From contig CDPCPM010000114.1 in NCBI GenBank assembly GCA_976551045.1, positions 9,052,001 through 9,116,000 of the forward strand: a stretch of DNA of 64,000 nucleotides, given 5' to 3'. A model generated the notes under the pieces. That model saw nothing but the letters and a program-made list of their open reading frames with translations. It was not told the origin of the DNA and searched no databases. Within the stretch, counting starts at the first letter, position 1. Each line of letters opens with the position of its first letter. Source of the stretch: Glaucostegus cemiculus (taxonomy: Eukaryota). Positions 13,738 to 26,915 of the stretch are shown piece by piece. The position numbers and the translations under genes are program-made.

Positions 13738-14119
13738 TTTTATCATTTACTCTCATGATAACCAGAACATACAAAGAAGGAATTAATTGTTCCAAATCCT
13801 TCTCCATTGAATTTCGTAGGAGCATAAATAGTGCACAAGACTTGATCTGTGATCTTCATTCCACATTGTCTCCAAGCCATCATCTTACAAAGTGGTGCAA
13901 CCAACTTTATGCACCATGTAGCTGACTCCTACTGCTTATCTGTTGCATTCTTATTAGGATATTTGGTGCAAAAAACAGTGGTTCTGGCAAGATTTTCCAT
14001 TCTTTAGTTTTGTACCTGGTCTTCTTTTGCAAACAGATCTTGTGGTCTATGAATTCCAAAAATTTGCATTCTGCTGTTGAGTAGGGAAGAGGTATGCCCC
14101 ATGTGGGGGCTATTGGTAA

Positions 14120-14690
14120 GGCCAGTATTCATTCCCCATCCCTATTTTCTCTTGAGAAAGTGGTATTGAGCCATCTTCTTGAACTGATGCAGACCACGTG
14201 GTGAAGGTACTTCCATTGTGTTGTTGCGTTGCGAGTTCCATGATTACAACACAGCAACAATGAAGGAAAGGTGATGTATTTTTTCAGGATGGTGTGTGAC
14301 CTGGTGGGAAAGTGACGGGGGTGGCATTCCCATGTATCTGTTGTTTTTTCATTTCTTGATGGTCGAGGTTGTGCATTTGGAATGATCAAGCCAAGAAACT
14401 ACGTGGCATATTTTTGATAGTACACACTGATACACAGTGAGGTGGTGGGGAAGGGAAAGAAGAGTGGTAGATGAAGCCCGATTCCTTGTCCTGGATGGTA
14501 ATGAACTTGAGTGTTGCTCAGGCTCTTTCAAGCAAGTTAAAAGTATTCCATCACACTTCTGACTTTGGGTTGTCACTCACTCTGTATTACCTAACCACTA
14601 AATTAATCTTGTCGCCACAGTGGTTATGTTGCTGGTCCACTCAAGTTTCTGGTTATTGGTGACCCCCAATGTGTAGACAGCAGAAGATGC
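14120..14690 (-). mobile_element. Old non-LTR retrotransposon 3' part (CR1/L2 group), apparently resuming at ~15600-15955
   Basis: Same family as 56070-56660; minus translation PSRNEKTTDTWECHPRHFPTRSHTIL. Confidence 0.65.
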
Positions 14691-14744
14691 TAATATATTT
14701 TTGATGGTAAGTTCATTGAGTAATATAAAGCCAGTTGTACTACC

Positions 14745-15550
14745 AGCACATCTCCTGTCCCACTGGGGCCTGAACACCCTTGACCATTGCTACACACCCA
14801 TCAAAGATGCCTTCCGAGCCACCGTCTGCCCTCACTTTGGTAAGTCAGACCACCAGGCTGTGCTCCTTTTCCCTGTATATAAACAGAAAATGAAACAGGA
14901 GGATCTAGCTTAGAAAGTTGTACAGTGTTGGTCTGAGGAAATAGATGAGCTTCTATGTGACTGTTTTGAATCAGTGGACTGGTCCATGTTCAAAGACTCA
15001 GCTGCCAGCCTAGATGAGTGTGTCACCACCATCAGGGACTTTATCAGCAAGTGTGTTGAGGACTGTGTATCAAAGAGGACAATCCAGAAGTTCCCAAACT
15101 GGAAGCCATGGATGAACCAGGAGATCCACACCCTACTGAAGTCTAGGACTACATCATTCAAATCAGGTGACCTTAACCTTTACAAAAAATCAAGGTATGA
15201 CTTCCATAAAGCTATCAGAGATGCCAAAAGACAATATGTCCAAAATCAAGTCCCTAAAGGAGGTAACACTGGACTTAAGGACAGCTTCTATCCTGCTGTT
15301 ATAAGACTATTGAACGGTTCCCTGGTACAATAAGCTGGACTCTTGACCTCACAGTCTACCTCATTATGACCTTGCACCTTATTGTCTACCTGCACTGCAC
15401 TGTCTCTGTAGCTGTGACACTTTATTCTGCATTCTGTATTGTTTTACCTTGTACTACCTCAATGCACAATGTAATGAATTTGATCTCTCTGAATGGTATG
15501 CAGGACAAGTTTTTCACTTTACCTCGGTACAAGTGATAATAATATTCCAA
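14745..15550 (+). mobile_element. Internally deleted Rex1/Babar LINE (endonuclease end fused to 3' end)
   Basis: NTLDHCY..PHFGKSDHQAVLL; DWSMFKDSA..FPNWKPWMN; joined near 15260 to LKDSFYPAVIRLLN and the 3' UTR. Confidence 0.85.
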
Positions 15551-15957
15551 TTCCACTGGAAAATGATACTGAGGTAACTGATCATCTTTGAGCTGACTGA
15601 ATGGTGTAATGGCCATGAGGTTCTGAATGGTTTCTCTTGCTTCAATTTCTGATAGTCCTTTGATTCCAGTATAGTTATGCCATGAATGTCATGTGTAGGT
15701 GATGAACCTCTCTCTTGTTGGAGATGGTCATTTACTGGGTACTTCGGTGGCACAAATGATACATAATTTAATGGTTTAGGCCTAAATGTTATCTTGGTCT
15801 TGTGGAACGCAGGCACAGGCTGCTTCATTTGCTGAGGAGTTGTGAATGGATTGAGCATTGTGCAATCATTAACAAACATCATGACTTCTGACATTACAGT
15901 GGAAAGAAGGTCATTGATGAAGCATCCAAGGATGTTTAAGCCTTTGGAACTCCTGTA

Positions 15958-16660
15958 AATTGGTTTGTTATTGTCACGTATAGCGAGGTACAGTGAAAAA
16001 CTTTGTTTTGCATGCCATCCATACAGGTCATTTCATCCCATCAGTATATCGAGGTAGTGCAAGGGAAAAAGAATAACAGAATGCAGAATAAAGTGTTATG
16101 GTTACAGAGAAAGTGCAGTGCAGGCTAACAATAAAGTGCAAGGCCATGATGACGTAGATTGTCTATTAACAGCAGGATAGAGCTGCCCTGAAGTCTGGTG
16201 GTACATGCTTTCAGGCTTTTGTATCTTCTGCCTGATGGGAAGGGGTCGAAGAGAGAATGTCTGGGGGTGGGTGGGGTCTTTGATTATATTGGCTGCTTTA
16301 CAGAGGCTGCAAGAAGTGTAGACTATGGAAGGGAGGCTGGTTTCCTTGATGTGCTGAGCTGTGTCTACAACTCTCTGCAGTTTCTTGTAGTCACGGGCAG
16401 AGCATTTGCCATACTAAGTTGGGATGCATCTGGATAAGATGCTTTCTATGGTACATCTACAAAAATTGGTGAGGGTCAATGGGGACGTGCCAAATTTCTT
16501 TAGCCTCCTGAGGAAGTAGAAGTGCTGGTGCGCTTTCTTGGCTATGGCATCTAAATTGTTGGACCAGGACAGGCCATTGGTGATGTTCACTCCAAGAAAC
16601 ACTGAAGCTCTCAACCCTCTCAACCTCAGCACCATTGATGTAAACAGGAGTACGTGCACC
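15958..16660 (-). mobile_element. 5'-truncated Rex1/Babar LINE
   Basis: INGAEVERVESF..FLGVNITNGLSW..KKAHQHFYFLRRLKKF..TIESILSRCI; tail at 15958. Confidence 0.9.
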
Positions 16661-18399
16661 AGAGCAATGTCCTGAGGCTGGGTCATTTATGTCCAACAAC
16701 CGCAGTCATATTCCTTAGTGCATGTATGATTCAAATTATTGTACATCAACTTGTGTCATTTGCACCTGATGCTCTCTGCCCAATGTCATGATAAAGTTGA
16801 TGCAATTGTAGTCGTATTTGGTTCCGATGGAGCTGCAAATTTCTGAACCACTCATTCTGTTGTTTGGTTATTGCAGCCAGCCTAAAACAGATTCCCGTAA
16901 TGCCATTTGGAGATCACCTTAAGCCCCAATCTAAATTTAATCTGCTCCTGTACACAAGTAATTTGAACTGTTTATAATTATAGCATACAAATTAACTTCT
17001 AAAAAGGTTAATGATATTTCAATGTAATTATATTTAATTGGATATATTCTTAATTACATAAAATTATGTCAATATAATAGATGTAGTTATTAAGCAATTA
17101 GATCCATTTAATTAATTTGGTAGCTTTAATATTGTGCATTTTTTATATAATTAGAAGTCTTCCTCAGTGTGCATAAAATGTAAAGGTTTGGCAGATATCT
17201 GTGCCTTGAAGAGTTGTAAGAAATGAACTGTCAGGCTTTGCAAATGAGGACTTCTGTGAAAGAAACAAGTAACAGGGAAAAGAAATGAATTCAAAAAATA
17301 TGAATTGAAGCAGTTCTTTTGCTCAGTTGATTTTGTCAAAGTAATTCTCACATAATTTGGTACAGAGAATGTAGGAGAGTTTAAAGGCTGGAACAAATGT
17401 GATTGTTCCACAGAGCTGGGTGAAGAAAAATCAAAGCCACTCAGTTGAGTTGGGTTGAGGTAGAAAGGACAGGAGGTTATAGTGAGGGGCGTTGAACAAT
17501 TATAGAGGGTAGACAGTAAGAATGACAAGGATATTTGTCCAGTTAATTCATGGCCAGTATCTGTTGGCTCATACAACACAACAATGTCAATTGATTTATT
17601 TATTTGGTTTGGGTCATTGGTAAGGGTCTCTTTACATGTAGTTAGTTCTCCAACAGGCAGAACTGAAATACATAAAGCATCTTAATATGTGGCATGAATA
17701 TATATACCAATCAATTGGTATTGTATCTGTAATTCATGTAGATTAGCAAAATAAATTGCAGTTGTGTAAGTCAGTAACATTTATTTATTTAACCAGTGCA
17801 GGTGAGCGCTCACGGATTGATTTATTTTGTTATAAATTATGCCTTTTAATTATTTTACCCATGAGTAATCGACTATAAATAATAAAAAGAAACTGTGCAT
17901 CTCAAAGTAAATAACATCTGAAATGTCATGCTGGTGCTTTCTGCTGGGGGAACAAATATAGTATTCAGAGAGTCATACCCTCATTTTCTGTTTGCAGACC
18001 AAAACATTTTTTTCTGTCATATATATTCCTGCTTGGAAATAGGTTCACTGCAGAAAAAAAATCCTTGAGGCAGCTGGTTTTGTTCTTCCCCTTCTGTTTG
18101 GGGATGTTAAAATGAAGAAATTCCCCTTGCTCTTGAATTTCAGCTGTTTTAATATTAATTTCTGTATCCAGCTGCTCAGGACTGATGCAACCCACTTCCA
18201 GCTAGGCCCTTTCCTCCTGCACACCAACCACCACTCTCCAGTATGCATAAATTTTCGACAGAGAGCAGGACCTCCTTACCACAGGCATAGGGCTACCCAT
18301 AAACAAGATCATAACAGCCGAGCTGAATGAAACTTCATTTAAAAACTTGTTACTGGAATTATGCTGTTAACAGGTTAGTGTGATTCTTTTGAGGGCTGG

Positions 18400-18720
18400 A
18401 ACTAAAACCCATTACATCCATGATTTTTAAATCCACAATAACCCCAGGGTTTAAATCAGTGATAACTCCAGTGGTATAAACCATTATTTGCCCTAGTGGT
18501 GGGGAAGGGGAGGGTGGTGTTAAATCCGCAATGACCCAGGGGTTTCAATCCTACAATAGCTTTGAGGATTTAAATCTACATTTACCACAGGGGTTTAATA
18601 CATGATACTTCAAGGCGATTAAATTCTGCAATTCTTCTGGGGGCAGAGTGGGGCTTAGCCTGCGATAACCCAGTGAGTTTAAATCCTGCAATGAACCTTG
18701 ACATTTAAATTCACAATAAT
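18400..18720. repeat. Degenerate ~25-bp minisatellite, about 11 units
   Basis: Recurring TTTAAATCCACAATAACCCCAGGG-like units with two G-rich interruptions. Confidence 0.75.
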
Positions 18721-18959
18721 CTTTGTACACATCTATATCTAATAAATGGTAACTTGATTAATTTTGTTGGTGGGATCGATTAAGCCTTTGTTGCTTTTCA
18801 TAATGCGACCTATATATTTTCAGAAAGAGAGCACAGAATCTTTTATCTTAAACCCCCATCCACTTCAATTAAAGCAAGCTGGTACTACATTTCTTGTGTC
18901 AGGAATGTGGACATAGGGGTTGGTGAGTTGACAGTGTCTGAAATTGGAATCCTTGCAAA

Positions 18960-19070
18960 AAAAAATAGAGGGCTTTGGGAATGCCCAGTAATTTCTAGTG
19001 TAGGGACATGTTTGGCACAGCTTTGTGGGCTGAAGGGCCTGAATTGTGCTGTGGTTTTTTCTATGTTCTA
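18960..19070 (+). mobile_element. CR1 3' UTR fragment
   Basis: Reverse-complement similarity to 42130-42230; GGGCTGAAGGGCCTGAATTGTGCTG..TTCTATGTTCTA. Confidence 0.8.
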
Positions 19071-19259
19071 AAATCTTATTTGATCCTCCTTCCTGCTGCA
19101 ACAGATTTCACATCATATGCGTCAGTGATAATAAACCTGATTCTGATTACTTGACAAAAAGAGCAGCAACCTGCATTGATAAGAAGATGGATCACCTCAG
19201 TATGAAATGGTACTGCAGTTAGTGCACACTGCCAGGATGGACCCAACAGAAAAGTGGAG

Positions 19260-20345
19260 ACGCAAGAGACGCAGATGCTGGAAGCTGGAGCGACACACGA
19301 GATGCTGGAGGAACTCAGTGGATCAGGCAGCATCTATGGAGGGAAATGGACAGTCGACATTTTGGGTCAAGACCCTTCACCTGGATTGAAAGAGGGAGAT
19401 AACCAGTATAAGAAGATAAGATATCTTTATTAGTCACATGTACATCGAAACACACAGTGAAATACATCTTTTTGTGTAGTGTTCTGGGGGCAGCCTGCAA
19501 GTGTCGCCACGCTTCCAGTGCCAACATAGTATGCCCACAACTTCCTAACCTATACATCTTTTGGAATGTGGGAGGAAGCCCACACAGACATGAGGGGAAT
19601 GTACAAACTCCTTACAGACAGCAGCTGGAATTGAACCCGGGTCACTGACTCTGTGTAAAACATTATGCTAACCGCTACACTACCACGTGGAGGGAAGGAG
19701 TAGACCAAGAGGCAGCAAGTGATAAGTGGATCCAGGTGATTGGGGGGCACGGGGGGGGAGGTTGATTGGCAGGTGGAGGAAGGCAGAGTGAGAACAGCGC
19801 CAGAAGCTGGGAGGTGATGTGTGCAGGCTGCAACCTGACAGTATGAACATTGAATTCTCCTACTTCCAGTAACTGCTCTCTCTCTCTCCCACCCTCTATC
19901 CCTTTTCTCTCCTGTCCTGATCTACCTGCCTCCCCACCCCCAATTACCATGCCTCTTTTCCATCCTCCACCCTTTCTATCTTCCTATCACCCACACATTC
20001 CTCCCTCCAGTTCCCCTCCCCATCTCCCTCCCTTTATTCCACACTCTGCCTCCCTCTGCAATCTGATTTTATTATCCTCAGCTCTTTGTCACTTCCTCCA
20101 TTACCTCCCAGCTTCTGACGCTATTCCCACTCTCCCGTCTCCCATCTGCCTTTCAACACCCCCCCCCCCTCACCTGGATGCACCAATCTCCTGCCGGCTC
20201 TTGTTCCACACCTTCCCGCCACCTTTTTATCCTGGCTATCTCCCTGCTATCCTTCAGAATGGATGAAGGGTCTCGGATCAAAATGTCAACTGTCCATTTC
20301 CCTCCATAGATGCTGCCTGACCTGCTGAGTTCTTCCAGCTTACTG
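19260..20345 (+). mobile_element. Truncated Penelope-like element with inverted pseudo-LTR
   Basis: 19825-19872 encodes RLQPDSMNIEFSYFQ* (resembles PLE ORF C-terminus after GIY-YIG), followed by a C/T-rich UTR; 19260-19820 is an inverted copy of ~20090-20345; a hammerhead remnant lies in each arm. Confidence 0.85.
19413..19687 (-). mobile_element. V-SINE inserted in the inverted arm of the Penelope element
   Basis: Near-identical to 11490-11760; minus-strand head GTGGTAGTGTAGCGGTTAGC (A box) and GGTTCAATTCC (B box). Confidence 0.9.
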
Positions 20346-23300
20346 AGTGTGGCCAATTGCCTAATTTCCTGACTGTTGTCCAATGATTGTGAGGCTCTGC
20401 ATCAGCAGCATATTCTCAATAAATGTATTTAGTACAATCTTCATCAGCTGGTTCTCGTTATTTTTATTTTTGCAGACAAATCTCATCATTATTAAAAGCC
20501 AAATCCCTCTGTGAGCTAATGTGCCTGTTCAGAACAGCTGGTAATTTGTTCTGGCTTACTGTGTACTGTAATTTGAGTGTGAAAATGCCTGAATTGAACT
20601 TAGTGAAGCAATCGCACACTGCTTCAACTTCACAGTAGCTGTTTGACTACAAAAATTATAAAATGAAGCTTCAGAAGATTTGCTTTAAAGTTTTTTTAAT
20701 CATTTTGAAATTTGATACTATGTGATTCAACTGCTCCAATGCTTTGCTAATATTTGGAAATTACTAGCTACATAGCCACACTTCAATTTTAAAAGGTCCA
20801 GGTTTAAAATTGGCACCGCTAAAGTAAAGGCTCGAAGGTCAATGTCAAGAGGAAAGGGTTGTGTTTTGTTTGAACAATGCAATAATTCAGTAATCTGTTT
20901 GCCTATCTGCCTACCCAAAATAGCATAAAATTCTATGAGAGTTTTCAGTTTTAAGATATAAATGATTTTGAGAAACCACATAATGTCTGTTTCTCCTGCT
21001 GAAGTGATGCCTCAGATGCTTAAGTGCATTTGTGCAAACAGTATGTTATCTGCTTACTCCCGAAGAAAAATCATTGTAAATGATAATCAATTATCAGATG
21101 GCCGTAAGTTAATTTTCACGTTCCTTTATCCACTCAGTGCACTAAACAAGTTTTGATATTCTTTTACTTAAATTTCAAGTTATTGTTGTATTGACATATT
21201 AAAATTAGACAAATCTGCCCTTACTCAATGGACTCTCTAGTATACAGATTCCAGATAAGTATAACTGGGGTCCTAAGAATGAAAACTTCAAACTCGACTT
21301 TCTGCTTTTAAATTAGTGAGATTCCAGAAAAAGTGCAAATCATGCAATCATCACCAACCGTTATTACTAGCGTTACTTGCCGTTTTGAATAACAGCCCTG
21401 GTATGGGCATTGATGCTCTTCTTAGATGCAAGGTAACATCTTGTTGCCGCTGATTTCTTATCATGCTGTGCCAGTTGCAGATGTTATCTTTTCCAGGAAA
21501 GTGAAGAACATTAACATAATTGGGACGACCAGCTTTGGTACTGGAGGAAACAGATGTGCACCAGATTTCCCATTTCTGCAGCTGGAACTTGATGTGAAAG
21601 TACAAAATACAAGAAAGGAAGTGTATTGCACTGTTTCAGCTCAATAGATTCCAATTTAAGTCATATTTCTTTGGATGAAGCACACTGAAAAGGTTATTTA
21701 TCAGAGATGGTGTTTTCTTCTTGTTGCCCTGTATGAAAAGTATTGTTAGTCAGCAGCACTAGGGCTCATTCTCTTTCCCAAGACATTCGCTGGAGTAAAC
21801 AAACGACACCACCTTAGACACAACTTAGACTGGCATCTACAGCAGCTGTCACAGCTTATTATATCTTTTTCAATTTCAAAGCCAGAGGCTGGACCAAATG
21901 AAATGTAGATGATTAGCAACATTTCCAAGCTGTAACCAAAGATAAATCTACTTCACATAATGGTCTGGATTTTGCAAAGCGATGTAGGGAAAGCAGTTCA
22001 TCTATTTTCAGCCGTCTGTCAGGTGTGGGCTTTGCTTTTCCAGTGTTGTTTGCTGCCAAGTGTCAGTTCAGTGAGACTTCCAAAATCCACTGAAGAGCCA
22101 ATCATACTGAAGAGTTTTCACAGGCAGGAAACTAGGAAGGGAAAAGAAACAGAAGTTTTGCCTGCTGCGTTAGACATTCGCAGGAGCTGCAATACCATAT
22201 ATGTATATATTTTTAAGTCCATTTTGTTTCTAAATTTTACATAAGGGAGCAATAGCACTCAATTAGAGAGGTGGTGCAGAGAATTTGCTGAGTAGTAATT
22301 ATTGCTTTGTATACAATTCAACAATGCACTGATACCTCTAAACTGTAACCTTTCAGGACCAAATGCAGTGAGGTGAGTTCACAAGGGCCTAACATTGTCA
22401 TCATTTTATTTGATTTCCCTTGATTGTAGTGGAGAAATATGATAACCTATGGGGAAGAGTTGAATCACAGACAACAAAATCAAGCCACTCTTCCTGCAGC
22501 ACAAACATCTGAGAGGGCATTCATGGGAAAGAAATTAGGTTCTGGGGCTATTTAAAGAGGGTTGTTGCCACTGTATCCGAAGGAACAAATTCCTTCATTT
22601 TCACAAGTGACCTTATTATTTTATGCTGTAGGAGTATTATGTGAGTAAGATAATTTATGTTTTTTATTGAAAGAATCTTGCTAATCATTTACACTCTACT
22701 GAAGGCAGGCTTTTCATCATCATTGTAAGATTAAAATGCAGAACAGTCGTACAAAATAGGCATTGCCTCAAACCATATCAGATATTAACTGATACATTTA
22801 CCCTCTGTAATTATTGCTGTTACTGTAACAATGTGCAGTGTCAGCCTTGTGACTAAAATCTTATGTTGACAATTTAGAGAGAGCAGTCAGCAGTCTCTTA
22901 AATGTTGGTAGGGGAGGAGTTGGTTGAGAACTGAACATTTTTTTAAATCCCCTCAAAAAAAAAGATTTCTTCTGTGATTCATTGATGGACATTTTGTCAT
23001 TTTATTGATGTTGGCAAAAAAAAAAGGCTCAGCTATTTTAGGAGACAGATGGAGTGGGAATGTTAAGCTGCTGTTTAGTGCTTTTTACTGTGTTTAAATA
23101 TCTAATGTTCAATTGAAATTTTATTTATTCTCATAAAATGACCCTATCTCATTATCTTACTTGCATTGCATCTGTGGAAGGCCTTCATTTCAGGACTATT
23201 AATCAAAGCACATTGCAAGATCTAGGTACATTTGATCATCACATGTTTGGTAGAATTTCAATTTATGATAACATTTCAGATATGACTGCCATGGAATGAC

Positions 23301-25469
23301 TTAAAGTGAAAGCCTCCATATTTTATTGAGAATGTCAAAACAGATGTAAACTAGGTAATGCTAATCTGTTGTTACATCTTAATTTTGCCACGGTACATAA
23401 GCAGAAAATATATGCAATTAACAGCATTTAGCATAATCCAAGGATTGCAAATCAACACTTCCACTCTTCAGATCGAACACACAGCTTGGGCAAACTGACA
23501 TGATGACATGTGAAAAGCATAAATTTTATGTCACATTAATTAACCTCTCTTCAAAGTGAATTCACATTCCAGCAGCATTGTATTCACATTGACTTTTAAG
23601 TATTTTAGGCATGTAATGGGGGCGCCAGCATAACTGAAATGAAAGGTAATATTGTCATAGTTATAATGAAGTAGAAAAAAATAATCTTCCCATTACAGAG
23701 CTTGTCAAGTGCATTGAAGCTCTTCATTTATTACAGAATACTGTATGCGGCGTGTTTCTCCCAGATGTTAAATACCAAAATAGTGTCATTATATAAGCAC
23801 AATTCTTCTGCTGCTTTATTTTAAATTAACATTTATTATAGGATTGTGTTTGGTGAGTTGTCTAAATTGTGAAAACTTAGTTTGTATATAGGCAAAGAGG
23901 TAAAATAACTGCCAAATCTGATTTACAGCAAGTTTTTTAACCATAGGTTCCCTAATTTAAATTTAATATTTTTACTATGCAAGTTTCCTGTTACTTCCAA
24001 TTTCATTTGCACAGTCCTAATTGCTTTTCTCGTAAAATACATTTTCTGTTACCAACCTTTAACCAGTTATCCTAACCTAAATGATCTGTAAAGATATTAA
24101 AATAGCACTATAAAATGTAAGATTGATTGTCATTTTAAGTACTTTGTTATAAATTTTGGAACGATTAGACATTTGCTGTTTGGGAATTCATACACATCTC
24201 AGTCTAGATCATATAGAAAGACATTAGATACTGAGATGAAATATTCCATTCAAAGCCTGAGGCAAGTTACAGTTAATATTGAGGAAGATGTAATATAAAT
24301 CATAATGTTCCAATACCCAAATGTAAAAAGCACACTTGAATGCTTAACCATCTTTCTTTGATCCAATGGAGGTTAATGTAATTATGAAGGACACATAATT
24401 AATTCATACTAATTATGTTCACAACTTTGTAAGGAAGTAATATGTTGTACATTGATGTTAATAGACCAGATTTCATAACTATCAAAAATTTCACAGTCTT
24501 TGACAATTCTCTTTAAAAAAAAATGTGCTTCAGCTAATATTTCCACTCACAGAAAATAATCTTGATGCTGTGAAACAGACAGGCAAATTTTGTTAACTGG
24601 TGTTATTTTCATCTATCTGACTTTCTCACAAACTTGCCATGTTTGGAGTGTTTGCATAATGTATGAAACAACCCAGAATTTAAAACCAAAACTGTTGCTT
24701 TCAGCCTCATCCTATTCAGATTGTTTAATCGACCATGACATTGCTGAGTGTGTCAGAGGATAAGCTGTGTATTAGCTTCTGTCAGAGTCACTTTCCAAAT
24801 AATGACAAGAAGCTCCCTTTTGGAAAAAAAAGTGCAGGCTGGTTTTTGTATGAATTTTCCTCTTCTCTTACATGGGAGGGTTGAATCACCATTTCCCTCT
24901 GCCTTGACTTAGGGCTGCATGTGATTTTGTAATGCTCTGGAACAGCATGCTCACCAGCTTTGTTGTGGATGTTAGCTGATGTAATGGTGGAACTGAAGTG
25001 AAAATTGTTTAGCACAATGAAGAGAAAGGAATATTCACAAATATAATACCTCTCCTAGTCTCAGGTCATCTTGAATGCTTATAAACAATGAAATACTTTG
25101 GGGTGTTCACTGTGTCCATGAACAACATTGTGTCAACTAGTATGGTAAAGACTTGGGCAAGATTTACAGTAGTTTACCATTTCTAGCAATGTGTTGTTGA
25201 CAAAAGTTGATTTATTAACCAAGTTTAGTTTAAACGGTGCGCCACAGAAAACAGTCCACAAAATCTAATTAAAAGTAGACTACAAAGTACAAAACTGTAC
25301 TCCCAAAACTGTAGTAATATCTCCTGATGAAAGAAGGATGATTTCTCTGTCACAGTAGAGTCCAGTGAGTAGAGGATGTTTGGATAGTACAAGTAATCTG
25401 CTTGAAATGTTCCCCATGCATCAACGGAAGTGTAGTTGATGAGTGTTTTTGACTGTGGAATTAGCAACT

Positions 25470-25660
25470 CATCTCCATAATGAAGGGCGTTAGTGATGCC
25501 ATCAAGTGCAGACAACATGTAATCAGCGCTGTGAAGCTGGGAGTACATTATCCAATGTGTGCATAGCAAGATCCCATCAACAGCAAGATGATAATATGTT
25601 TTAATGATATTACTTAAGGACGAAATCATGGCTCAGACATCTTAGTGAACTTTGACTGCT
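25470..25660 (-). mobile_element. Ancient Deu-domain SINE fragment (SacSINE1/AmnSINE1-like)
   Basis: Minus strand ATTATCATCTTGCTGTTGATGGGATCTTGCTATGCAC resembles the Deu-SINE 3' part. Confidence 0.55.
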
Positions 25661-26915
25661 CTGTTTAGAAGTAGTGACGACAGCAGGGTAGTGTGGTGAC
25701 AGCTGAGTGAAGAAAGGAATTGAGATAATTGCACTTCTGTATTGATCTCCTGTAGGCTGAAACATAGTACAGCAACCTTAATTGGCATGGATAAGTTGGG
25801 CCAAAGGGCCTGTTTCCATGCTGTATAACTCTAATCTTGTAGTGCAGCTGTTGTAAATCCAAGGTTTCTACCAAAGATATGCAGCTGTAAGTTTACTTAG
25901 CTGAGGTGCATTTCCTTCAGTCTTAAACCCATATAAACTCACTGAGCACACATTAGGACAGCCTCGGGCAGAGGTGCCATATTGTGGGTGTGCTGAATGC
26001 CATCCAATAAAACCCTAAACCAGCATTCATGTTGTAACTTAAGATGCTGTAGCACGTCCAACACCCCAGTTACAGTATCCTTCACCTTGGGATTTTTTCC
26101 CCAAGTGTTTCTGGTTTGGACACATTCACCAATTCAGGAAAAAGTTACCCTCAAAATTGCACTAATTTTAATGAGTTTCTATTTCGTTCAAATTTATGCT
26201 GAGACTTCTTTTACATATTGGCAAATACAATGAATCTGTGCAGCAAGGATATCACAACACAGAAGAAATTAAATTCAACAAAAAAACCTTCATACATTTA
26301 GGAATACTAACCTGGTACAATTTTATGAATGCAGCTGAAAATGCAATCATCAGAAAAAGATTTTAAAGGTAGCATTTGTACTACCCATTTACCAAATGTG
26401 GATTAATGCCCAGCAACAACGTGAAAAATGAAATCTGTGCGAATGACTTCAGTCTTCATTACATTTTAAAGATCACTTGTTCAAGAGCATTAAACAATCA
26501 TTATCCTTTAATTGTTCCTATTCAGCTATTGCTTGTTTGAAACATTTTTCTTCTATCTGTCCTGATTCTTAAATGTCTTCTCATTAGTTTACTTGATATG
26601 TTGGCTCTAATACGTAGATTCTTCATGTTGACATCTATAATTTCAAAACTTTTTGAGTCCCCTTTTATAATAACTATAATGTGGCAATGATTACTAAATA
26701 ATAAAATATTACTCAGTTCTATGATCACACTGCTGTCTATAGATCTCCTCCCTCCTTAACTGAGAGCGCTCATCATTACCAACCCAATCTCAACTGTCTC
26801 CCTAACATTTCTTCTTTTACTTCAGTAAGGGCTTAGAAAGTGTTATTTCCAGTTAAATATTGTGACACTTTTTCTACTCCATTCCAACATTACCATCCTT
26901 AAATCAAGACTATAA

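Noticed and set aside
18400-18720. CRISPR-like array
   Set aside because: Units are homologous along their full length, there are no unique spacers or cas genes, and the context is vertebrate
19620-19687. A/B-box sequence as a tRNA gene
   Set aside because: It is the head of a V-SINE and I could not fold a cloverleaf
19850-20266. Pro/Ser-rich 138-aa ORF
   Set aside because: By-product of the C/T-rich Penelope UTR
21426-21647. 73-aa ORF with a TTTTCCAG acceptor
   Set aside because: No recognisable protein and no convincing donor
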